64,000 nucleotides of DNA from Anthoceros angustus (Eukaryota > Plantae > Anthocerotophyta), in contig VJWM01000118.1 in the NCBI GenBank assembly GCA_010909165.1, positions 620,001 through 684,000 on the forward strand, read 5' to 3'. Each line of letters starts with the position of its first letter. Within the stretch, counting starts at the first letter, position 1. Shown here piece after piece: positions 23,073 to 32,999 of the stretch. The notes under the pieces are model-generated. The model did not search any database. It saw only the letters and a program-made list of their open reading frames with translations, and was not told the origin of the DNA. The translations under genes were made by a program, and so were the position numbers.

Positions 23073-25012
23073 TCAACAAGTTTGCGACACGATCACTGCA
23101 CTTTGCAACTTTTGGTCATGCGGAATGCGGTTCAAGTAGGACTTGCCTTTGAGGACGGCACATTTTTCCTGTGTCTTTTTGTTTTCTTACCACTTCTTTT
23201 TCACCTGTACCTTTTCTTGTCCCATGGTGGTCCTTCCACATGGGAGGGGCCATATCCATCTTATCAACAGTGGTGAAGGGACCTCCAGCTCATCCAATCT
23301 TCTGTGGAGCATGCGCAGCGAACGATGTATCCTCCGGGTGCCAGGCTCGTACGAGGCTAATACGGACCTGATCTGAATGTAGCGAAGCACGACTTCACAC
23401 ATCGTGGATTCTGGAACCGCATGAAGTGATTGAGGATCCCTGTCAACCTGACGATCAACAACAGGTTGGGCTGTGCAATCATCTCCTACCAATTCAGCTT
23501 GTAGGACTTTCCATGTGTGCTGCTTGCCAAATGTTCGAAAACATACCACGATTGCATGCAATTGAACAGCAGGTTTATGAAGCTAGCTCCAACGGGAGCG
23601 AAGGGAAGGAGGAAGAAGGGAAGAAGAAATTCGCGATTTCCAGACTTTCTTTGACAAGGAAACCGCAATATCCCGGTTCCCATTCAGGCGAGGCTGGGCT
23701 GCCAGTGATTGCGGTGCCCTTCGTCTTTGCTCCTTTGCACCTTACACGGCCGCTGCGGACCATGGAAGACGCGTCATATTTGCATGTACAGAGGGAGCAG
23801 CAAGCTTAAATTTTTCAATTCTCTTGGGAAGAAGAGCGGAGGGCGGGGCTCGTGTTCATAGCTGAGTCTCAGATGCGTTAAACTTTGGAGCTGGAATGGC
23901 GACGGCTTCCAGGTGACTGAAGCTTGGAATTTGGATTCCGTAGTATGTTACTCCTTTTCGCGGTTTTCACAAATTGTGTGGAATGAGGAGAGCCGGCATC
24001 GCTCCTTGCGCACATTGTGCTGTGCCTAATTTTTTTTCCCAGTGGATGAAAGGCTGACTGATAGCATCCGGACAATGATGATGTAAGCTTCTCAATGCTG
24101 CAGGGCATGCCCACATGGCTGGCCGAGCTGGGCATTCTGCCGCCCCAGCTGGTCGGCCTCAATGGACCAAAAATGACTGGAGATGATAAGTCTGCACAAT
24201 CTACTGAATCTACAGTGTAGGCAGGAATCAAACCATTTGTAGGCTTTGATTGAGCAGTAAACAACATTCCACACCCCGAATCATCAGTTGCAGGTCAGCT
24301 CTGTCAAACAATCCACAATTCAAACACTTTTCTAATCCTCCATTGAGACAATTCAAATTTTGGCTCGTCCAGGACTGTGTTGCTCCACATGCAGGTAGAA
24401 GGCCAGTCAAACCCCAGCCATACCAGGCAAATGTTGCCAGGAACAATGTGAGATGCCGTAAGAATGTAAGAAACGTCCAATCTGGAAATGCCTTACCTGA
24501 AGCCGGACTGAATTGTACTAGGTAGTATCGATCAAGTCCCTCGGTGCGGCGGTGGGACTCACTCCAGCTGTATTACTGGAGATGGCTAACTGATGTGCAA
24601 TTTCGGTTAAGAGCTGCATAGCAGTGCAATCTACTGAATGTCAGCAGCATGGAGCTCCACTGAGCACCTCAATTGAGCATTGAGCATTCCTGCATTGCAT
24701 ATTGCCATAAATATGTGCTGGATTGTGCCTCACACTGTCTTCAGGTAATGGCTTGATTGAAAGTGCTTGCTTTGGGATGGTGAGTTTGTAACCCCAACAA
24801 AAGAGATTCAGAGAGGTATGTGAAGATAACCGCTGTCTATGCTGTCTCCGCTTCATAGACAGCTTCTCCTCCGCTTTCGACCTGTGGATATAAATATAAA
24901 GATAACCTGTGGATATATATAAATAAAGTTATTGTTATTATCGAGTTAGTTATCGCCCTTAGTTTTCACTATGGTCCTTCCATGCTTAGTGGACATAAAT
25001 ACAGTTATTATT

Positions 25013-25430
25013 GATATGGAGTTAATTATCACCCTAGGCTTTTAATCTACAGGCCTATGGAATCCAGGTTTAGACATCTTGTGAATCGAGTTTGCTTTGA
25101 CCTATATCGACTTTTTTCCATCAAGTCATTTGTTCATACATTTTCACAGTAGCTGACATTTTTTTATTACGACTTTCTACTCATATGTTCATACATTTCC
25201 CCATGGTGGCTGATATTTTCCCATCGTGACTTCCTACTGGATTATCTATATATTTTTCTATGGTGATTTCCTCCTGAAGTGGACTCCCACACATAGACGG
25301 TGGATTCATACGGATATATATCTAGAGCTTGGTAAAAACTTAGGTAGACCGGACAGCCAATGCCTATCGTGCGCTTGTCCAGGTGTGGACTATAATAGAC
25401 CTTCTTCTTCTTCTTCTCACTCGCACTCAG
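25013..25430 (+). mobile_element. tRNA-headed SINE-like element, copy 3 (AT-shifted duplicate of the 17693 copy)
   Basis: GGAGTTAATTATCACCCTAGGC...GAATCCAGGTTTAGACA followed by the same repeat body. Confidence 0.5.
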
Positions 25431-25600
25431 TAGCACACCGGAGAAGAGAGATTGGAGAAGAAGAAGAATAAGAAGAATGGGCTGGGCCAAGGACATATGG
25501 ATGGTTGTTTTGGGCCACATATATCACTCCGGTTTGCGTAAATATTAGCAACGTTAGTAGGTTGTTTTATAAAATTTGTTAAATTACATTTCACAGCAAC

Positions 25601-25673
25601 ATCTGGATGGTGTAGTTGATCATCACGCTAGTTTCACACACTAGAGGTCCCTAATTAGACCTGGGTTTAGAAA
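25601..25673 (+). pseudogene. tRNA-Val(CAC) pseudogene (duplicate of 18320)
   Basis: ATCTGGATGGTGTAGTTGATCATCACGCTAGTTTCACACACTAGAGGTCC with a decayed T arm. Confidence 0.7.
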
Positions 25674-25989
25674 GACGCTGCATCATGCAATGTCTTGTTG
25701 TTCAACATTCTTTGGGCATGGCAGATTCTGCAACATTTGTGGGGCTTTTGCAGCCTTGTGCAAGTTTGCGAAAAGGTTCATTAAGACAATGTGCTTGTAC
25801 AGCAGCGCATGATGCTTAATAACAGCGTTCTTATAAATGTGTCTTTAATCGGACATCGTCTTGATGAACGCTTTAGCAAGCTTGTTGTGCAAGTAACTTA
25901 GGCACACCATGGTATAAGTTGTTAAGTATCAAGTGCCATGATAGGAAAATTCCGTCCAAGCCAACTATGATATATTCTTCATTCTTCTT

Positions 25990-26420
25990 GTAGCCGGAAG
26001 TTTGAAAACGTGTATGCTAAACGCGGTAACTTTGAGGAGGCTTGCAGGATAGTTGGAGGGTGTTGATCACAAAGAAATGGCGACGTGGCTTGCTCTGATT
26101 TCAGCATACATCCCAATAAAGGCAGGGACTAGGGTAGCCTTCCTATCTACAGTGCCATGCAAGAAGCAAGCATTGCTATACCCAGTTCTGTCCGCGACAT
26201 TATTGTGCCTCCTGCAGGCAGCCATGTGCCAATTGTGGGTAGCTAAGCTTTGGAGAAGGGCAAGCAGCTTCAAGCACGATTTAGACAACAAAGACATTCA
26301 ACAAAACTGTTAAAAGCCAGCAGTTTAGTGGACATATATGCAAAGTTAGCAGCCTGGAGGATAGCCGGAAAGTGGTTGACGAAGTTGATCGGAATGATGT
26401 GGTGACATGGAGTGTCCTAA
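25990..26420 (+). pseudogene. PPR remnant, duplicate of 18730-19260
   Basis: EGVDHKEMATWLALISAY; DNA collinear with the first copy. Confidence 0.6.
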
Positions 26421-26954
26421 TTGCAGGGTTGCGGTAGTGTACGTACTGGGTTTCGCATGGCATGATGGAACCGACATACGATTCGTCAAGGCTTTCAGCT
26501 GGACTCAATCGAAACTTGCCCAGCTGAGAAATGAGCTCCCAAACCTGCTCCCTCTTCAACTCAAGCCGTGTCAGATGCAAGATTAACGCCAGTGTCTTGC
26601 AGCCTCACACCCCAAAATGCACACCATGAGCGAACAGATTATTGTGCGGGAGAGAGTCCGCAGCTTATAAGCTGTGGAATCGAAATGAAAGAGCTTTGAA
26701 TTATTACCTCACCGCAAGGCCCCTCATTACTTGTGAGGACCAACAATTCAATCCTGAGCAGATCCCCTGTTGTTCTGAATAACTACTCGAGCAACGGATC
26801 GCTCTCGAGGGAGTGCTCTCTCGCACAAAAACCACGAGGTACCCGGGTCTCTGCCACCTTGCAGGCACCCATCCCCTTGAAAGCCAGACTTTCACAGAAC
26901 AACTCTAAATATACTACTTCAGGAAAATGTTTTTTCGATGATTCCTTTGCTACT

Positions 26955-27236
26955 GCACGTCGTCATGGCTTTCGTCCATGTCTTCATCGTTTTCCCACCT
27001 CTCATCATCACTTGAGTCATCATCGTCGTCCCACTCCTCTTCATTGCTGATTCCCGACCTGTTGTCATCATGGAATCATCGTCTTCTATGTCATCGGCTC
27101 TCATGTCCTCCACGTCCTCATCGCCACCGTGTTGGGGCCCGACATGCCACATGTATGCTGCCGCAAAATCCTTACACCCTCGGCCTATAGGCTGGCTACA
27201 TGGTATGCGCAAGCCTTGTGTGAGAGACGATGGCAA
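26955..27236 (-). pseudogene. Truncated duplicate of the F-box gene (5' end only)
   Basis: Same N-terminus MPSSLTQGLRIPCSQP. At ~26950 sequence equivalent to 19670 is joined to 21370, a ~1.7 kb deletion removing the F-box. Confidence 0.85.
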
Positions 27237-27625
27237 CCCGGCAGCTCCGATTTGTTAGGGCTAGGATGGCGAGTTAGTCTATGTGTATATATGTGCGCGA
27301 GATCGAGACCGAGACCGATACCGATAGCCCCGCCCTGGACGACCGAACTCTCATTCATCGATTTCTAACCTTGTGGTCTCGTGAACATTATAATCGGAGT
27401 GAGATTCACCACCTGCTGTATAGAAAGCTGTGTCTTTGGATGGAGAACTGGGAGAAGACCATGTGCCACAACGTTTTCCTCTGCCTCTATGCTTCAGGAC
27501 ACCACAGTCAAGGTGATTTTGCCCGATTGGGCGGAAGCTAGACGTCTATGCGGCGTCCTTACGTGACATGGTCCGTAGGACTCGAATCCGGTGGGCGTGC
27601 TCGGCGTGCCCGGTTGAATCCATCT

Positions 27626-27908
27626 GACCTCATATCAGGAAGGCTACCCGCTGCGTTTAAGCATATCACTAAGCGGAGGAGAAGAAACTAACCAAGATTT
27701 CCTAGTATTGGGGAGCGAACCGGAAATAGCCCAGCTTGAAAATCGTATGGCATCACTGTGCGAATTGTAGTCTGGAGAAGCGTCCTCTACAATGGACCGA
27801 GTCCAAGTTCTCCTGGAACGGGACATCAGAGAGGGTGAGAACCTCGTCGAGTCGGACCCTGTTGTTCCACCAGGTGCTATCCACAAGTCGGGTTGTTTGG
27901 GAATGTAG
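27626..27908 (+). rRNA. Diverged 25S/28S rRNA 5' fragment (pseudogene), possibly preceded by ~110 bp of ITS2-like DNA
   Basis: GACCTCATATCAGG...ACCCGCTGCGTTTAAGCATATCACTAAGCGGAGGAGAAGAAACTAAC...AGTCGGGTTGTTTGGGAATG matches the conserved LSU 5' end with substitutions. Confidence 0.9.
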
Positions 27909-28453
27909 AATGTATGACCACTACTAAGTTCCACGTGCGCTCCACTTCTAGGTCTTCAAAGCCGTCGTTCTTGCCCAATGGCTTGGCATCTTCATTTTTC
28001 TCAACTTCTTCCTCATCAACCGCTTGCGTAAGCACCCAGCAGTTGTGATCGTAGCTTATGCATCATTCCTTTGCCATTTCCGTTTAGGAGAACATTCGTG
28101 CGCCTATTGGGCCTCTTAGAGATGAGCTGAGCAGGGCAAGGCTGCCACTGCTGGCCATGTAGATTGGCCATTGCATGTGGCTTGCGTTTGTGTTTCTAAT
28201 ATGCACAAACACTGTTTATTTTCTTTCTTGTAATTCTTTATATGTAGTATGCCAATCAGGCAATTGTCATAGTGTATCTCCATTGGAATTGCTCAAGGAT
28301 GCAATCCAACAAAAAAGTACACTAGGATTTCTACCTAGATTTGCAACCGGATTTTATGCGGATTCTTCAAGAAATAACTTATTGCCTGTATATGTCGTGT
28401 AGCTACATAAAGTTTTCTTCAAGAAACAATAGATTTCTGAGGACTCGTAACAA

Positions 28454-29010
28454 ATGGAAACGAGCACACAATTACCGGATATATACACCATTTTACGACA
28501 TAATGGACTTGAAACAAGTGAAGATTTCCAATACATTGTAGGCGACTGTTTATTCGACTCCATTGCATATTTATTGAATGGAGCAATAACATCTGCGGAA
28601 CTGCAAATCAAAGCAATGTCGCAATTGGAAAGAAGCATAGAAGAAAAAGATCCCAATGCAATTGCGACTATGGAAATATATTCAGGTGAGGCCTTGGTTG
28701 CCATCCATGGACCAAATATCAGAAATATCAAACAATATATATATAATATGAAATTGCCAGCAAAGTTAAATGGCTTATGGGCTGATGCAACTGCCATCCA
28801 ATGGTTAAGTGTAGCCTTGAGGAGAAAGATCTTCGTATGGTCGATGCAAAGCAACAAGTTGATGTGTAAATATGATGCGTCTGCCTCTTCAATGTCAAGA
28901 CCTTCAAGGTGGCATATGTCAAGACCTTCAAGGTGGCATATCTTCTATCTCATATGCCAGCTACAAGTCATGTGATAACATGATGATGAACATTATCGTA
29001 CAATCATGGT
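28454..29010 (+). pseudogene. OTU-like cysteine protease domain, probably disrupted
   Basis: GDCLFDSIA Cys loop, LWADATAI, ALRRKIFVW. The expected His motif (DEHY, ~28985-28996) lies just past in-frame stops and a 24 bp tandem duplication. AT-rich. Confidence 0.65.
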
Positions 29011-29074
29011 AAACTTCTTCTTCCATAAGCTATAGAGCAAGGTATGTGAGGTACGGATTATTGAAGACGATGTC

Positions 29075-29378
29075 GTTCCTCGGCCAACGCAACGGCATAG
29101 GCCGGCAACAAAAAGCTAGCTGTTGTCCCGCGCTTATTCACCGCCGCCGCGTTAATCAGCGGACCAGCGCCCCGCGTTAATCAGCAGACCAGCTTATCGC
29201 CGTTCCGCATCGAACCGAGGCGCACCCGCAGCTTCCATTCGCTTCCCTCTCAGCAATTTCAAGCACTCTTTGACTCTCTTTTCCAAAGTCCTTGTCATCT
29301 TTCCCTCGCGGTGCTTGTTCGCTATCGGTCTCTTGCCAGTATTTAGCCTTGGATGGAATTTACCACCTGCTTAGGGTT
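29075..29378 (-). rRNA. Diverged 25S/28S rRNA fragment (continuation of the 27626 piece, inverted)
   Basis: Minus strand reads GGTGGTAAATTCCATCCAAGGCTAAATAC...GACCGATAGCGAACAAG...GAGTCAAAGAGTGCTTGAAATTG and runs into D2. Confidence 0.9.
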
Positions 29379-30401
29379 ATGGTTTCTTGATCATGAGAGC
29401 TGTACTATCAATGCATCACAGGAGCTAGACCTTCTTGTCGCTCCAGCTGGCTGTGTCAAGCGAGGGGGAACTACCCTGCCGAGCTAGCTGGCTGCGTCCA
29501 CCAAGCCGGAGTTCCACCTCGCTGGACACAAGAGTAAGGGGTGAAGATTTTTGGATGTCCCTTTCGGCATGCCATAGCCATGGCCACATGTGTACAAGAG
29601 CATGGCGGATTTCCTTCGAGGCAGAGGGAAATGAAATTACCTTGACCTCACAGAAGCGCAAGTGAAGAATACTTCAAGTGACTTCCAGGTTAGATTGAAG
29701 CCATAGCCTGTGATTGAACAATCCTGTCGATATTAAATGTTTGCAACAATTTCTTAGTGTTGCAACAAGAATAATTTCCTTGGTTGCAGCTTTGATTCGA
29801 TTAGGCTCTTGCAGACAGCTAAGAACATGAAGGTAGATATCTCTGTCGGCCTGTTGGGCGGTGGTGTGCAGCAGAATTTCTGACGTGCTATATAATCCCA
29901 GGAACTCGAATCCTCTTTGCATGCGGGGGCTATGGCGGATGAAGGCACGATCATCCTCTGCTCCTATAGGCTCGACTGTCCTGACCCACAGTGTCCGCAC
30001 ATCCTGATGAGCCAAGCTAGACTGCTGCACAAACAGAGACTCAGGCCTCATCTGACTTTGGACATGTACATGTACAGGGACCAGTAGTCTCTGAACCAAT
30101 CCATGGCTCGGCTCCGGACATGGCTGGACAGATTAGTCAGCTTACTCTCCCTCGTCACTCTCTCACATTCCCCATCTAGTGTTCTCACCTGCAAATGATG
30201 GCCTGAGTTGATATGCAGGACAAAGCCAATCCCCTGGCCGATGTGTGAGCAAAAGCCTAAGTCTGTGAGCAATTCTTTGTCGTCCCAGGGTAAGCAAAGT
30301 GTTAAATTTCTCTTGCGGAAGTCCGTTGAGCCGTGTATACGCAGCGGTGTTCTAGTGAAACTCAATGTAACTTGACAAGGGCAACACTGGAGAATGTTTT
30401 T

Positions 30402-30504
30402 GTCTGGATGGTGTAGTTGGTCATGTTTTTGTCTGGATGGTGTTGTTGGTCATCACGCTAGTGTCACACACCAGAAACCCACAGTTCAAACCTGGGTTCA
30501 GACA
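30402..30504 (+). pseudogene. tRNA-Val(CAC)-derived sequence with duplicated A-box (duplicate of 22970)
   Basis: Nearly identical to 22970-23072. Confidence 0.75.
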
Positions 30505-32261
30505 TCAACAAGTTTGCGACACGATCACTGCACTTTGCAACTTTTGGTCATGCGGAATGCGGTTCAAGTAGGACTTGCCTTTGAGGACGGCACATTTTCC
30601 CTGTGTCTTTTTGTTTTCTTACCACTTCTTTTTCACCTGTACCTTTTCTTGTCCCATGGTGGTCCTTCCACATGGGAGGGGCCATATCCATCTTATCAAC
30701 TGTGGTGAAGGGACTCCAGCTCATCCAATCTTCTATGGAGCATGCGCAGCGAACGATGTATCCTCCGGGTGCCAGGCTCGTACGAGGCTAATACGGACCT
30801 GATCTGAATGTAGCGAAGGACGACTTCACACATCGTGGATTCTGGAACCGCATGAAGTGTTTGAGGATCCCTGTCAACCTGACGATCAACAACAGGTTGG
30901 GCTGTGCAATCATCTCCTACCAATTCATCTTGTAGGACTTTCCATGTGTGCTGCTTGCCAAATGTTCGAAAACATACCACGATTGCATGCAATTGAACAG
31001 CAGGTTTACGAAGCTAGCTCCAACGGGAGCGAAGGGAAGGAGGAAGAAGGGAAGAAGAAATTCGCGATTTCAGACTTTCTTTGACAAGGAAACCGCAATA
31101 TCCCGGTTCCCATTCAGGCGAGGCTGGGCTGCCAGTGATTGCGGTGCCCTTCGTCTTTGCTCCTTTGCACCTTACACGGCCGCTGCGGACCGTGGAAGAC
31201 GTGTCATATTTGCATGTACAGAGGGAGCAGCAAGCTTAAATTTTTCAATTCTCTTGGGAAGAAGAGCGGAGGGCGGGGCTCGTGTTCATAGCTGAGTCTC
31301 AGATGCGTTAAACTTTGGAGCTGGAATGGCGACGGCTTCCAGGTGACTGAAGCTTGGAATTTGGATTCCGTAGTATGTTACTCCTTTTCGCAGTTTTCAC
31401 AAATTGTGTGGAATGAGGAGAGCCGGCATCGCTCCTTGCGCACATTGTGCTGTGACTAATTGTTTTCCCATTGGATCAAAGGCTGACTGATAGCATCCGG
31501 ACAATGATGATGTAAGCTTCTCAATGCTGCAGGGCATGCCCACATGGCTGGCCGAGCTGGGCATTCTGCCACCCCAGTGGTCGGCCTCAATGGACCAAAA
31601 ATGACTGGAGATGATAAGTCTACACAATCTACTGAATCTACAGTGTAGGCAGGAACCGAACCATTTGTAGGCTTTGATTGAGCAGTAAACAACATTCCAC
31701 ACCCCGAATCATCAATTGCACTTCCCGACGCCGTTAGCAGGCCTCTTTCTTGGTGCCGTTGTGTCATTTATCCCATGCCCCAAGGATTGTTGACGTCCTT
31801 AGAAAACACAAGGTACAGAAGCCCCATTCAGTCACGTCCTCGATGCCACACTTTGTACACCTGCTGGAACAATGTGGAGGTCAGCTCTTTCAAACCAGAA
31901 TCCGCCATCGAAACACTTCAATTTTTTCCTCCTCCAGGACTGTGTTGCTTTACATACAGGTAGAAGGTCAGTCGAACCCCAGCCACATCTGGGAAGTGCT
32001 GCCAGGAAATGCCTTCCTTCTGAAGGCAGACCTTAGTGGACTAGCCTGCAGTAAAGATAAAGTCCCCTCCGTGCGGCGGTGGGACTCACTCCAGCTGTAT
32101 TACTCGAGATGGCTAACAGCTGTGCAACTATTATTTCAGCTAGAGCTGTGAAGCGGCGTTCACTACTGAAAGACCGCAGCAAGGAGCTCCAATGAGCACC
32201 TCAATCGAGCAAGGAGCTCCTTAAGCAGCAAGGAGCTCCAATGAGCACCTCAATGAGCACC

Positions 32262-32960
32262 TCAATCAATGGCTTGATTGAAAGTGCTGCTTTTGATGGT
32301 GGGTTTGCAAACCCAGTTTGGCATAGCTATGGTGAGCACAAGAGATTCAGAGAAGTGCGTAAATCTATTTTCCCGGAGAAGATGCTGCAAATACGCTATG
32401 CGTCCCAATCTCATCCAGCGGCGGTCCCAGCAAGCAATCAGGGTCGTCCATGTAGCCACATTCTTTGTGGCCAAGCTGTCAAAAACCTGGCGTGCATCTT
32501 CCAGTTCGCCACACTTTGAATACATGTCCACCAGGCATCTGCCAACAAACAAGTTAGTGCGAATGCCACTGTGCAACACATCACATCGCACTCTCCGGCC
32601 AGATTCCAATTCGGCGTCAAATGCACAAGCTTGAGGGGCAGCTACAAGGATGTGAGCATGCCCCTTCTATCCTGACTTCCGCATCTCATGGTACAGTTGT
32701 ATGGCCTCCTTAGCTTGTCCATGGTTGGCATGTGCAGAGATGATGTGCACGCGAAAACATCTGGTTTGCCTGCCCTGGTGGGCACATCCATGGCCTCCTC
32801 TAGCCTACCCCCACCTGCATACATGCGCAAGATATGGTTCCGCGAATATGCATCCGACTCGTACCCAAGTTTTAACACCGAGATCGTGAACTCATCGCCC
32901 CACAGCCACATCCTTCTTAGCTGTCCACAGTTTTAGCACAGTGCAAAACAGCGACCGAGA
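32262..32960 (-). pseudogene. Frameshifted PLS-PPR fragment, paralogous to the N-terminal PPRs of the adjacent gene
   Basis: KLGYESDAYSRNHILRMYAGGGRLEEAMDV and NLFVGRCLVDMYSKCGELEDARQVFD correspond to 34600-35110. Confidence 0.85.
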
Positions 32961-32999
32961 AACAGCCCTCGCTGAGCACTGGCTATTTCTTACTTCTTC

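Larger units (their letters stand above)
16560..32420. repeat. Tandem segmental duplication, unit ~7.4 kb, about 2.1 copies
   Basis: Landmarks recur at a ~7.43-7.5 kb period: CCCTCSGTGCGGCGGTGGGACTCAC at ~17095, 24538 and 32064; tRNA-like copies at 22999 and 30431; 21945-24290 nearly identical to 29380-31720. Confidence 0.9.

Noticed and set aside
27626-29378. Functional rDNA unit
   Set aside because: Only two short LSU pieces in opposite orientation, with substitutions in conserved motifs; no 18S or 5.8S.
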